Part shown: piece after piece, positions 23,467-32,994 of the stretch
Numbering within the stretch: position 1 is the first letter of the stretch
Layout: every line of letters starts with the position of its first letter
From: an uncultured Gemmatimonadales bacterium
GTDB lineage: Bacteria; Gemmatimonadota; Gemmatimonadetes; Gemmatimonadales; GWC2-71-9
DNA length: 64,000 bases
Direction: 5' to 3'
NCBI GenBank assembly: GCA_963716055.1
Contig: CAVQSR010000004.1
Coordinates: forward strand, 97,888-161,887
Made by a program: the position numbers and the translations under genes
The notes under the pieces: model-generated
What the model saw: only the letters and a program-made list of their open reading frames with translations
Databases searched by the model: none
What the model was told of the DNA's origin: nothing

Positions 23467-23940
23467 CTATCCTCGGTGGTACGCGTCGGTCAGGCCCTGG
23501 ATGTCGATCTTCCCCATCGTGAGCATCGCCGCCATGACCCGCTGCGCCTTGGCCGGGTCCGGATCGCCGAGCATCCGGCCCAGGGCCGTGGGGATGATCT
23601 GCCACGACAGGCCGAACTGGTCCGTCACCCAGCCGCAGCGTTGCGGCTCACCGCCCGCGGCGAGCTTGTCCCACAGCTCGTCCACCTCCCGCTGCGTCTC
23701 GCAATTCACGAAGAACGAGATCGCCGGCGTAAAGTGAAACTGCGGGCCGCCGTTCAGGGCGTGGAATTGTTGCCCGTCCAGCTCGAACGTCACGTCCATC
23801 ACCGTCCCCTTCGGTCCGGGCCCCGCATCGCCGTAGCGGGCCAGGCGCACGACCCGTGAGTTGGGGAAGATCGAGACGTAGAAGTTCACGGCCGCTTCGG
23901 CGTTGCCGTCGAACCACAGGAAGGGCGTGATCTTCTGCAT
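23467..23940 (-). CDS. VOC family protein (PhnB / 3-demethylubiquinone-9 3-methyltransferase-like)
   Basis: MQKITPFLWFDGNAEAA, ALNGGP, CGWVTDQFGLSWQI. Confidence 0.93.
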   Translation of the reverse strand: MQKITPFLWFDGNAEAAVNFYVSIFPNSRVVRLARYGDAGPGPKGTVMDVTFELDGQQFHALNGGPQFHFTPAISFFVNCETQREVDELWDKLAAGGEPQRCGWVTDQFGLSWQIIPTALGRMLGDPDPAKAQRVMAAMLTMGKIDIQGLTDAYHRG

Positions 23941-24068
23941 GAGACTCGTCCTCGTTCGGGGGGGCGCGGGCTCCGAGTGCCAGGAAAAACTGCATGCCAC
24001 GATGCGGGAGTGCGAGGGGCGGTGTTCCGCCGTAGCCCGAGGCGTGCGCCATACGTAGGTTGAGTACC

Positions 24069-25481
24069 ATGACCGATCTCGATCGCCGCACCTTCCTGCG
24101 CTCGGCCGTCCAGTACGGCGGCGGCGCCCTGCTGGCCCCGTCCCTCGTGGGGCTCATCGCGTCCGCCGACCGCGCCCGGCTCGGCGACGCCGCGCGCGCC
24201 GCCCGCGGGAGCGGCGGCTACGGTCCGCTGGCGCCGAGCGCCGACTGTGCCGCGCTCGCGCTCCCGCGGGGGTTCCGTTGTGTGCGGCTCAGCCAGGCGG
24301 GCGATCGGATGACAGACGGCCACCCCACCCCGAATGCGTTCGACGGCATGGCGGCGTTCCCCCTCCCCAACGGCAACATCCGGCTGATCCGCAACCACGA
24401 GATCCGCGATCCCGTGGAGGTCGCGCGCCCGTTCGGCGATCCGGCCAAGGCGTACGACCAGAAAAGCGGCGGGGGCACCACGTCGCTCGAGGTCGCCGTG
24501 CGGCACGACGGTAGCCGCGAGCTGGTCCGCCATTACGCGTCGCTCACCGGGACGCACGTCAACTGCGCCGGCGGGCCGACGCCGTGGGGCAGCTGGATCT
24601 CGTGCGAGGAGACCACGGAAGGCGCGGCCCAGGGCCGCGGCGCCGAGCACGGCTATCCGTTCGAGGTGCCGGTGAGCGCCACCGCCGAGGTGACGCCGGT
24701 GCCCATCAAGGCGATGGGACGGTTCGTGCACGAGGCGCTCGCCGTCGATCCCGCGACCGGCATCGTGTACCTGACCGAGGATGCGCGATATCGCCACGAC
24801 GATCCGGCGCGGCCCGGCGCGGGGTTCTACCGCTACGTGCCGCGCGAGCCCGGGCGCCTGCTCGCGGGCGGCCGGCTCCAGATGCTCGCCGTGGCGGACC
24901 GGCCGCGGTACGACTCGACCCGGGGCCAGCGCCCCGGGCGCGCGTTGCCCGCGGTGTGGGTGGACATCCCCGATCCCGATCCGGCCAACGCGGCGAGCGA
25001 TTCGGCGGCGGTGTTCCGCCAGGGGCTCGCGAAGGGCGGCACGATCTTCCAGCGCCTCGAGGGGTGCTGGTACGGCGACGGCGCGGTGTATTTCAACGCG
25101 ACGGCGGGCGGCGACGCGGGGCACGGGCAAGTGTGGCAGTACCGCCCGGGAGTCGGCGCGGGCGGTGCGCTGACGCTCGTGTTCGAGTCGCCCAGCGCGG
25201 ACGTGCTCGATTCGCCCGACAACCTGGTCGTGTCGCCGCGCGGCGGACTGGTCCTGTGCGAGGACGGCGACGAGGTACAGTACCTGCGGGGCCTGACCCG
25301 GGAGGGCGCGATCTTCGACTTCGGGCGCAACGAGGCGAACGGCGACGAGTTCGCGGGCGCGTGCTTCAGTCCCGACGGGCACACGCTGTTCGTGAACATC
25401 CAGGGGGCCACGCGCTCCACCGGCACGAATCGGGGGATGACGTTCGCGATCTGGGGACCGTGGGCGGACGGGGCGCTGTAG
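24069..25481 (+). CDS. phoX: PhoX-family alkaline phosphatase (DUF839), Tat-exported
   Basis: RRTFL Tat motif; NCAGGPTPWGSWISCEE, MGRFVHEA, LDSPDNL, LCEDG and EFAGACFSPDG motifs. Confidence 0.9.
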   Translation: MTDLDRRTFLRSAVQYGGGALLAPSLVGLIASADRARLGDAARAARGSGGYGPLAPSADCAALALPRGFRCVRLSQAGDRMTDGHPTPNAFDGMAAFPLPNGNIRLIRNHEIRDPVEVARPFGDPAKAYDQKSGGGTTSLEVAVRHDGSRELVRHYASLTGTHVNCAGGPTPWGSWISCEETTEGAAQGRGAEHGYPFEVPVSATAEVTPVPIKAMGRFVHEALAVDPATGIVYLTEDARYRHDDPARPGAGFYRYVPREPGRLLAGGRLQMLAVADRPRYDSTRGQRPGRALPAVWVDIPDPDPANAASDSAAVFRQGLAKGGTIFQRLEGCWYGDGAVYFNATAGGDAGHGQVWQYRPGVGAGGALTLVFESPSADVLDSPDNLVVSPRGGLVLCEDGDEVQYLRGLTREGAIFDFGRNEANGDEFAGACFSPDGHTLFVNIQGATRSTGTNRGMTFAIWGPWADGAL

Positions 25482-25490
25482 CGCCCCCGG

Positions 25491-26927
25491 TCACAGGTAG
25501 GGCGAGAACAGCCGCGCGACGCCGTCGCGCAGCCGGATCGGCAGCGGGCGCGCGTCCACTTCGGCGAGCGTGATCTCGCGGCTGACGCTGCGGCGCGTGG
25601 CAATGAGGTCGTCCACCGTCGCTGCGAGCGCCGGGTCGTAGCACTCCACATCTAGCTCGAAATTGAGCCGCAGGCTGCGCGGGTCCCAGTTCGTGGACCC
25701 GAACATGGTCCACGCCCGGTCCACCACCAGGAGCTTGGCGTGGTCGAACGGCGCGGGCGAGAGAAACACGCGGCACCCCGGCGCCAGGACCTGCCACAAC
25801 AGCGCGGGCGTCGCCCACCGCACGGGCGGGATGTTGCCGTGCGCCGGGAGCACGATGTCCACCCGCACGCCGCGCATGGCCGTCACCGCCAGTGCCGCGA
25901 TCATCGCCTGGTCGGGCAGGAAGTACGGCGTCACGATGCCGACCGATTCCGTGGCCGCGGCCAGGGCGCCGAGCAGCACGGTGCGGATGACCTCGAAATC
26001 GTCGTCCGGCCCGCCGGTCAGCACGCGGGCGGCGGTCGGCCCGGACTCCGTCAGCGACGGAAACCACGCCGGACCCTCGAGCAGCTCGCCGGTGGCGAAC
26101 GCCCAGTCTTCGGCGAACGTTTCCTGGAGCTGCCCCACCACGGGGCCCTCGAGGCGGAAGTGCACGTCGCGGGTGGCCCAGCGCCCGCCCGTGCCGACCA
26201 CGTGCCGGTCTCGGATGTTCATGCCGCCGCAGAACGCCGTGCGCCCGTCGGCGACCAGGATCTTGCGGTGGTTGCGCAGATTGAAGAACGCGAGGCCGCG
26301 GCCGCTCGTGATCGGGAGAAACCGGGCCACGGGGATGCGGGCGCTGCGCAGCACGCGGTGGATCGGGGGCCAGCTGTAGCGGACGCCGGCGCCGTCGATC
26401 AGCACCCGGACGGCGACGCCCCGGCCCGTCGCGCGCGCGAGGGCATCCACGAAGTGGCGGCCGACGGTGTCGGCGGCGAAGATGAAGCTGCTCAGGGACA
26501 GGGATGCGGTGGCCGCGTCGATCGCCTCGAGCATGGCGGGATAGGCCTCCTCGCCGTTCTCGAGCGGTGTCACGCGGTTGCCGGCCACGAGCGCCCGGCG
26601 GCCGACGCGCTCGCCCAGGCGGGCGAGGGCCAGGAGACCGGGCCGCGGCGCCGCCGCCCCCACCTGCGACGGTCGTCCCCGCAGGGTCGCCGTGCTGGTG
26701 AGGGCGCCGGGCGTGCGGCGCAGCGCGATGGCCCGGCGGCGGATGCGATTGACGCCGAACGCCGCGTAGATCACGGCGCCCAGGCCGGGGACGAGCCAGA
26801 TCAGCCCGACCCAGCCGATGGCAGCGCGGGAGTCGCGCTTGCGGAGGATGACGTGGGCGCTCGCGACGAGATTGACGAGGGCCAACGCCGCGCCGAGGAC
26901 GGCGCCGTTGCGGTCCAGCGGACCCAT
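25491..26927 (-). CDS. cls: Cardiolipin synthase (PLD superfamily)
   Basis: N-terminal TM pair and two HKD motifs (NHRKILVAD, DHAKLLVVD). Confidence 0.92.
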   Translation of the reverse strand: MGPLDRNGAVLGAALALVNLVASAHVILRKRDSRAAIGWVGLIWLVPGLGAVIYAAFGVNRIRRRAIALRRTPGALTSTATLRGRPSQVGAAAPRPGLLALARLGERVGRRALVAGNRVTPLENGEEAYPAMLEAIDAATASLSLSSFIFAADTVGRHFVDALARATGRGVAVRVLIDGAGVRYSWPPIHRVLRSARIPVARFLPITSGRGLAFFNLRNHRKILVADGRTAFCGGMNIRDRHVVGTGGRWATRDVHFRLEGPVVGQLQETFAEDWAFATGELLEGPAWFPSLTESGPTAARVLTGGPDDDFEVIRTVLLGALAAATESVGIVTPYFLPDQAMIAALAVTAMRGVRVDIVLPAHGNIPPVRWATPALLWQVLAPGCRVFLSPAPFDHAKLLVVDRAWTMFGSTNWDPRSLRLNFELDVECYDPALAATVDDLIATRRSVSREITLAEVDARPLPIRLRDGVARLFSPYL

Positions 26928-27144
26928 GGGGGGGACAACTCCGGTGGTACTGGGTGCTGTATCTTATCCGCCCGCAGTGATTCCGGCGCGCTCGCGAACG
27001 CGTTTGCGACCCGCGGCGCGGCACCGCCGGGAGGATGGGAAGGACCGACCCACGCCAAGAAACGGACCGTGCGATGACACGGACGTTCCGGACGACGCTC
27101 GCGATGGTGGGGGCTTGGCCCCGAAGCGGCTGTAGCGCCGGGAG

Positions 27145-27696
27145 TCAGAGAATCGACGCAAGCGGACAGGAGAAGCCTGGCAGCACATCCTCGCCGTCCA
27201 GCACCCCATCCTCGGCCACTAACGTCAGGCTGCCATCCAGCCGGTACACGCGGGCCGCGCGGCGCTCCGGATCGACGACCCACACGAGCCGGCTGCCGGC
27301 GGAGAGCCAGTCTGCCACCTTGGCGAGGACCGCGCCGGGCCGATCGCCGGGCGAAAGCACTTCGACAACGAGGTCGGGCGCGCCAGCCGCGTATCCCGTG
27401 GTCTCGGTGGCCGGCAGGCGGTCGCGCGCGACATAGGCGACGTCCGGGGCGCGCACCGTGTCGGGATCGGTGGCGAGCTGGAAGCCGGTCTCGGCCGCGA
27501 ACGTCCGTCCGGCGCCGGTCCGCCTGGCGTGGCTGCCGAGCTCGATCCCGAGGTTCATCGCCACGAGTCCGTGGCGGGACCCGGCGGGCTCGCGTACGAC
27601 CAGCACGCCCCGCACGAGCTCCACCTGTTTGTCCGGGACGTGCAAGTGGAGCAGCTCGTCGGCGGTGATCAGCGCCGGGGGGCCGGGGGGCGCCAT
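27145..27696 (-). CDS. Uma2 family putative endonuclease, copy 2
   Basis: Same motifs as copy 1 (RAPDVAYV, APDLVVEVLSPGD). Confidence 0.9.
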   Translation of the reverse strand: MAPPGPPALITADELLHLHVPDKQVELVRGVLVVREPAGSRHGLVAMNLGIELGSHARRTGAGRTFAAETGFQLATDPDTVRAPDVAYVARDRLPATETTGYAAGAPDLVVEVLSPGDRPGAVLAKVADWLSAGSRLVWVVDPERRAARVYRLDGSLTLVAEDGVLDGEDVLPGFSCPLASIL

Positions 27697-27807
27697 GTCG
27701 CCAACGTAGGCGCGCTCGGCGGGCATAGCAAGCAATCGTATCGGTGGGTCGTCAACCGGCGGTCAACGGTTGTGCCGCGGAAGATCTCGTGGCGCGGCGG
27801 CCGCCGC

Positions 27808-28995
27808 TCAGCGGGTCCGGCGGCGCCGTGGTGGCGTGGCGAGCCGCCAGAACTGGCGCTCGCCGATCACTTTCACCACGTGGCCGCGCGCCGCGAGGCG
27901 CTTGATCTCGAGCAGCTTCAGTCCGCCGCGCGTGCCCGCGATCTGGAGCGCGTTGGCCCGGCCGCGGACGAGGATGTCGGTCGAGGGACCGGGTTTCGAC
28001 TGCACGGTCGCGCCGGCCCGCCGCGCCGCGGCGATCGCTTCGCTCCGCGGCCGGCTCAGGAATCCCGTGAACGACAGCCGCTTGCCCTTGAGGCTCGGCA
28101 CGCGGCCGAACTGCGGCTCGGTGCGCGGATGGCGCAGCGCCGCGATCAGCTCGCCCGCCGCCTCGTAACGTTTGCCGCGCACGCCGAGGCAGCGGTGAAT
28201 GACCTCCTTCAGGTGGTCGCTGCACGGCAGCGTGCGCACGTCGCGGCTGCGGATCGGGCTCGTGATGTCGCCCCGCAGCAGCATCACGGCGATCAGCCCC
28301 ACCTGGTAGATATCGTCGCGCTGCTGCCAGCGGCGGACCCTGCCCCACGCGATCTCGTTCGGCACGTTGAACAGGTTGAAGGCGTCGGCCGTCACGCCGC
28401 GGTGACTCAGCTGGTGCGTCGCGATTCCGAAATCACCGAGCTTCAGCTGCCCGTCGTGACACACGAACACGTTGAACGGCGTCAGGTCGCGGTGCAGCGC
28501 CTGTCCCCGGTGCAGCGCATCGAGCACGGCGAGGATGCCCGCGAGCTCGCGCCGCACGAAGCGCTCGGGTTGCGGCCCCGTGCGCTCGAGCCAGGCGCCG
28601 AGGTCGCCGTGCTCGGCGTATTCCAGGGCGAGGCAGTAGCGCGTGCGCCCGCCGTCGGTGGCCACGAAGCGGTCGAAGATGCGCAGAGCGCGCGTCTCGC
28701 GGTGCAGCAGCTCGGCGAAGTACGACTCGCGGAGCCACGGTGACAGGCGTTCGGTCAGCTTGACGCACACCTGCGCCGGGAGCGCTCCGCGCGGGTGCGG
28801 CGTGGCGAGGTAGACCTCGCCGAAGCCGCCCTTGCCGATCAGCTGGAGCAGCTCGTAGGTCCGGCCGCTCTCCGAGCTGTGGGCGCTCGTGAGCGCGCCC
28901 GGCGCCGGCGGCGGCGGGTGACCGACGCCGCGCTTCACGGTACGCCGGAGGCGCCGCGTCGCGGACGCGCGAGTCGAACGGGTCGTGCGGGGCAT
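27808..28995 (-). CDS. Ser/Thr kinase-like domain fused to a C-terminal BRCT domain
   Basis: IGKGGFGEVY, HRDLTPFN, DFGIA; the C-terminus LKGKRLSFTGFLSRPRSEAIAAARRAGATVQSKPGPSTDILVRG...KL...V.VIGERQF matches the ligase-type BRCT pattern. Confidence 0.85.
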   Translation of the reverse strand: MPRTTRSTRASATRRLRRTVKRGVGHPPPPAPGALTSAHSSESGRTYELLQLIGKGGFGEVYLATPHPRGALPAQVCVKLTERLSPWLRESYFAELLHRETRALRIFDRFVATDGGRTRYCLALEYAEHGDLGAWLERTGPQPERFVRRELAGILAVLDALHRGQALHRDLTPFNVFVCHDGQLKLGDFGIATHQLSHRGVTADAFNLFNVPNEIAWGRVRRWQQRDDIYQVGLIAVMLLRGDITSPIRSRDVRTLPCSDHLKEVIHRCLGVRGKRYEAAGELIAALRHPRTEPQFGRVPSLKGKRLSFTGFLSRPRSEAIAAARRAGATVQSKPGPSTDILVRGRANALQIAGTRGGLKLLEIKRLAARGHVVKVIGERQFWRLATPPRRRRTR

Positions 28996-29154
28996 GCGGG
29001 TCGCGAGAGTGAGGCTCCTAATTGAGGGTGGCGGGCCATGCCGTCAAGCGCGCGGAAGGTCGTCGCGGGTGGGCCAAGGCTCAGCGGGCCCCCCTACTGG
29101 GAGGTTGCCGACCACCGGGGTGAGGGGCAGATTGGCCCCTTACCCACACCGAGG

Positions 29155-29958
29155 ATGTTCTCCATGCCGTTGCGTCAACCAGCACAGGCGCTCGCGATCC
29201 TGCTGATCGTCGTGGGAGCCTGCAAATCAACGCCGAGCGTTGCCGTGGTGAACGGCGAGTGCGTGGACGTCTATCACGGGCAGGTCTGCAGCTGGGCCCG
29301 CATGCAGGGTGACTCGGTGCTGGCCGTCGGGGTGACGGTGCCCGTCGCGGTGATCGACAGCGCTCCGGCCGATGGGGGCCCGATGACCTGGCCGCCGGTG
29401 GCGGCCGCCGTGCTGCAGCTGCCGGCGTCGGCGCAGCAGCCGAGCGGACTGACCCACTTCACGATGTTCTGGGAAGCCCACGGTCACCCGCCGACGCCGT
29501 ACTTGACGCCGCACTTCGATTTCCATTTCTACACGATTCCCACCGCCGACCGCTCCGCCATCGACTGCGCCAACACGGCGAAGCCGGCCGCATTGCCGGC
29601 GGGCTACGCCTTGCCGGACGAGCAACTGCCGCCCGACATCGCCCAAGCGATCGGCGTCCCGGTGCTGGTCGGCATCTGTGTGCCCACGATGGGAATGCAC
29701 TCCCTGCTCGCCTCCGAGCTCGAGAGCACGACGACGTTCCGCGGCACCATGGTGATCGGGTACTACGACGCCAAGCCGATTTTCATCGAGCCGATGATCA
29801 GCCGGGCCATGCTGCGGGAGAAGCAGTCATTCGACCTGCCGATTCCCGCGATCCCCGGCATGCGGGGCAATCATCCGGCCACGTTCCGCGGCGAGTACGA
29901 CGCGCAACAGGGCGCCTATCACTTCGTGTGGTCGGATTTTCAGGCCGGCGGCATGTAG
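29155..29958 (+). CDS. Exported lipoprotein-like protein, DUF5602/TTHB210-like
   Basis: Lipobox-like VVGAC and the WEAHGHPP...YLTPHFDFHFY motif. Confidence 0.6.
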   Translation: MFSMPLRQPAQALAILLIVVGACKSTPSVAVVNGECVDVYHGQVCSWARMQGDSVLAVGVTVPVAVIDSAPADGGPMTWPPVAAAVLQLPASAQQPSGLTHFTMFWEAHGHPPTPYLTPHFDFHFYTIPTADRSAIDCANTAKPAALPAGYALPDEQLPPDIAQAIGVPVLVGICVPTMGMHSLLASELESTTTFRGTMVIGYYDAKPIFIEPMISRAMLREKQSFDLPIPAIPGMRGNHPATFRGEYDAQQGAYHFVWSDFQAGGM

Positions 29959-30015
29959 CGGGCGCAGGAACCCGGGCTGCGGGGGGGGGGACGCCGATGC
30001 GCCCCCCTTCCGCTG

Positions 30016-30354
30016 CTAGACCTGGAGCCCCGCGAGCGCGTCGGCCTCCGTGGCGAACACGGCGAAGATCGCGGAGAACCCGGAGATCTGGAACACCTCC
30101 CCCACCGACTCGTTCAGCCCGAACAGGCGCAGCGCGCTCCCCGCCCCGCTCAGCCGCTTCGCCGTGCCCAGCAGGACGCGGAGGCCGGCGCTGCTGATGT
30201 AGTCGAGCGCCGTGAAGTCGATCAGCAGCTTCCGGCCGCCGCCCGTGAGGATCCCGTCCAGCGCCTGCTGCGCCTGCGGCGACGTCTTGCTGTCGAGACT
30301 CCCCCGGAAGGCGACGATGGTCACGTCGTGCTGCGCGCGGGTGACGATCTCCAT
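30016..30354 (-). CDS. STAS-domain anti-sigma factor antagonist (RsbV/SpoIIAA-like)
   Basis: LLIDFTALDYISSAGLRVLL with the conserved phosphorylatable Ser. Confidence 0.92.
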   Translation of the reverse strand: MEIVTRAQHDVTIVAFRGSLDSKTSPQAQQALDGILTGGGRKLLIDFTALDYISSAGLRVLLGTAKRLSGAGSALRLFGLNESVGEVFQISGFSAIFAVFATEADALAGLQV

Positions 30355-30379
30355 GAACTTCCTCCGTGATGATCTGCCC

Positions 30380-30916
30380 TCATCCGGGCGTCAGGCGCTT
30401 CGCCAGGACGAGGACGTTGCGATCCGCCCGGCGGTCATAGGTGACCTCGTCCATGATGTGCCGGACCAGGTGGATGCCAAGCCCGCCGATCCGCCGCTCC
30501 TGGGTGGTGAGCGTGGTGTCGGGGGCGGGCATCTCGAGCGGATCGAACGGCCGGCCGTCGTCGGTGAGGGTGACGCACACCCGGTCCGTATCCAGCACCA
30601 CCTCGACCGTCACCTCCCCGCCTTCCCGGCCGGCGAATCCGTGCATGATGCTATTGCTCAACATCTCGTCGAGGGCGATGTGCAGGCTCCGCCGGACGGA
30701 CCCGGACAACGCGTGCGTGTCCGCGAACTCGGAGAACGCCGCGGTGACCCCGGCAATCTCGCTGCGATCGGCACCGATCGTCATGCGGAAGCCTGGCCGC
30801 ATCCTGTCCTCCGGCACGCCCCTGTCCGACTCCGCCACGGCCATAATATGGTCGGCCGGCCCGCCGTCGGCGCGGGGGCCGTCCCGGGCGGCGGCGGCCC
30901 CCCCCTCCGCCGGCAT
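30380..30916 (-). CDS. Anti-sigma / Ser kinase (RsbW-like, HATPase_c_2)
   Basis: IALDEMLSNSIMHG, DDGRPFDP, RIGGLGIHLV; start uncertain. Confidence 0.88.
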   Translation of the reverse strand: MPAEGGAAAARDGPRADGGPADHIMAVAESDRGVPEDRMRPGFRMTIGADRSEIAGVTAAFSEFADTHALSGSVRRSLHIALDEMLSNSIMHGFAGREGGEVTVEVVLDTDRVCVTLTDDGRPFDPLEMPAPDTTLTTQERRIGGLGIHLVRHIMDEVTYDRRADRNVLVLAKRLTPG

Positions 30917-30979
30917 TTGCCGGGGGGCACCACGGAGTGCACGTTACCCCTGACCAACCTTTGACGGTCTGGATTGTAA

Positions 30980-31531
30980 TTGAAAGAGACACCCACGGCG
31001 GTAGACGCACAGGACCGCGCGCTCGTCCGGCGGTACCTGGCAGGTCAACGGGACGCGGCCACCGGTCTCGTCGATCGCTACCAGCAGCGCCTGTTCAACG
31101 TCGCGCTGCGCATGCTCGGCAACGTGCAGGACGCCGAGGACGTCACCCAGACGGTGTTCCTGAACGCGTTCCTCAAGCTCCGGACCTACGACCCGAGCTA
31201 CCGGTTCTTCAGTTGGATCTATCGCATGACGGTCAACGAGTCGCTGAACACGCTGAAGCGCCGGAAGCACACCGTGATGCTGGACGACGAGCCTCGCATC
31301 CCGGCGCCGGGCGCCGAGCCCGGTGGCGCGACGGAGGCGCAGGACCGGGTCGGGAGGGCGCTGATGGGACTGAAGCCCGACGACCGGGCCGTCGTGGTGC
31401 TCAAACACTTCGTGTCCTTCTCCTACGAGGAGATCGCTGACGTGCTGGAGATCCCCGTGAAGACCGTCAAGTCGCGCCTGTTCACGGCGCGGGAACGGCT
31501 GCGACACACGCTGCGCGAGTCAGCGAGGTAA
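30980..31531 (+). CDS. ECF sigma-70 family RNA polymerase sigma factor
   Basis: DAEDVTQTVFLNA, FFSWIYRMTVN, SYEEIADVLEIPVKTVKSRL. Confidence 0.93.
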   Translation: MKETPTAVDAQDRALVRRYLAGQRDAATGLVDRYQQRLFNVALRMLGNVQDAEDVTQTVFLNAFLKLRTYDPSYRFFSWIYRMTVNESLNTLKRRKHTVMLDDEPRIPAPGAEPGGATEAQDRVGRALMGLKPDDRAVVVLKHFVSFSYEEIADVLEIPVKTVKSRLFTARERLRHTLRESAR

Positions 31532-31533
31532 CC

Positions 31534-32868
31534 ATGCTGAAGCAGGAACAGATCGAGCTGATCCATCGGGAGATCGACGGCGCGAACACGCCGGACGAGA
31601 GCGCCGCCTTCCGGTCCCTGCTGGAGCGGGATGCCGAGGCCAGGGCGCTCGCGGCGGACCTGCGCCAGGTCGCCCTGCTCTTCGACCATGTGGGAGCGCG
31701 CGAACCGCCCCCGCATCTGAAACAGGCCATCCTCGAGGCGTTGCCAGAGCCGGCCCCGGCGCCCTCGAGGACCGAATGGGGATGGATGTCCCCGCGTGCG
31801 ATCCTGCGATGGTCCGTGCACCAACTGAAACTCGGCGCCGAACACATGGAGGAGGCGATTATGACCAAGAAGACGATGCTCATCGGAGGCACGGTGGTGG
31901 CGATCGGGATCGTCATTGCCGGCATCGTGACGGGCTTCCCACCCACGGGTGGTGAAGCCGGCACGATCGGCGGGGTCGAGAAGGCGTCGCGGTATCAGGG
32001 GCGGGCCATGACCGAAGCCGACGTGACCATCAAGAACCCCGAGATCGCGGTGCTGCTCCAGAACCCGGAGGTCCTGCGCCTGGTGCAGAGCGACGAGTTC
32101 CGCCAAGTGATGAAGAACAAGGCATTCCAGGCACTGCAGGCCAACGAGGCGTGGCAGGCGCTGCAGGCCAACCAGGCGTTCCAGGCGCTCCAGGCCAGCG
32201 AGGCGTTCCAGGCGCTCCAGGCCAACCAGGCGTTCCAGGCGCTCCAGGCCAACCAGGCGTTCCAGGCGCTCCAGGCCAACCAGGCGTTCCAGGCGCTCCA
32301 GGCCAACGAGGCGTGGCAGGCGCTCCAGGCCAACCAGGCATTCCAGGCGCTCCAGGCCAGCGACGCGTGGCAGGCGCTGAGCGCGAGCGAGGCATTCCAG
32401 GCGCTGCAGGGCCAGGCAAACCAGGCGCTGCAGGCCAACCAGGCGTTCCAGGCGCTCCAGGCCAGCGACGCGTGGCAGGCGCTGCAGGACAACCAGGCGT
32501 TCCAGGCGCTCCAGGCCAGCGACGCGTGGCAGGCGCTGCACGCGAACCAGGCGTTCCAGGCGCTCCAGGCCAACCAAGCGTTCCAGGCGCTGCAGGCCAA
32601 CCAGGCGTTCCAGGCGCTCCAGGCCAGCGACGCGTGGCAGGCGCTGCAGGCCAACCAGGCGTTCCAGGCGCTGCAGGCCAACCAGGCATTCCAGGCGCTG
32701 CAGGCCAACCAGGCGTTCCAGGCGCTGCAGGCCAACCAGGCATTCCAGGCGCTGCAGGCCAACCAGGCATTTCAGGCGCTGCAGGCCAACCAGGCATTCC
32801 AGGCCCTCTCGCAAAGCGAGCGGCTGTCCGGATTGTTCATGAGGGAGGCCGAGCAAGTCGCCCGCTGA
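31534..32868 (+). CDS. Putative transmembrane anti-sigma factor with a C-terminal tandem nonapeptide repeat
   Basis: Starts 2 nt after the ECF stop; helical cytoplasmic N-domain, one TM (LIGGTVVAIGIVIAGIV), then the repeat. Confidence 0.75.
   Translation: MLKQEQIELIHREIDGANTPDESAAFRSLLERDAEARALAADLRQVALLFDHVGAREPPPHLKQAILEALPEPAPAPSRTEWGWMSPRAILRWSVHQLKLGAEHMEEAIMTKKTMLIGGTVVAIGIVIAGIVTGFPPTGGEAGTIGGVEKASRYQGRAMTEADVTIKNPEIAVLLQNPEVLRLVQSDEFRQVMKNKAFQALQANEAWQALQANQAFQALQASEAFQALQANQAFQALQANQAFQALQANQAFQALQANEAWQALQANQAFQALQASDAWQALSASEAFQALQGQANQALQANQAFQALQASDAWQALQDNQAFQALQASDAWQALHANQAFQALQANQAFQALQANQAFQALQASDAWQALQANQAFQALQANQAFQALQANQAFQALQANQAFQALQANQAFQALQANQAFQALSQSERLSGLFMREAEQVAR
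32122..32820 (+). repeat. 27-bp coding tandem repeat, 26 units of A(F/W)QALQA(N/S)(Q/E/D)
   Basis: 699 nt = 25 nine-residue units plus one eight-residue unit, counted from the translation. Confidence 0.97.
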
Positions 32869-32994
32869 CGTGACGCGGCGGATGCGCCGGCCCCGCCAAA
32901 TTGGGCTGGTGCAGTGCGGTGATCCCGGCTCGTGCTGACGCGAGCCGGGATCGCCGCTTACATTATCCCGCGCCGTGCCGACCACGAGCTGACA

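Noticed and set aside
32122-32820. Possible CRISPR array or non-coding tandem repeat
   Set aside because: The 27-nt units are contiguous with no unique spacers and lie in frame inside a CDS; no cas genes are present in the window.
32151-32873. Collagen-like Gly-X-Y ORF (GAPGQPGVP)n in the alternative + frame of the repeat
   Set aside because: Unit-to-unit changes (CTG/CTC, GCG/GCA, CAG/CAA, TTC/TTT) are synonymous in the AFQALQANQ frame but change residues, and even break a Gly, in the collagen frame. It is a by-product of recurring CAG-GC codon pairs.
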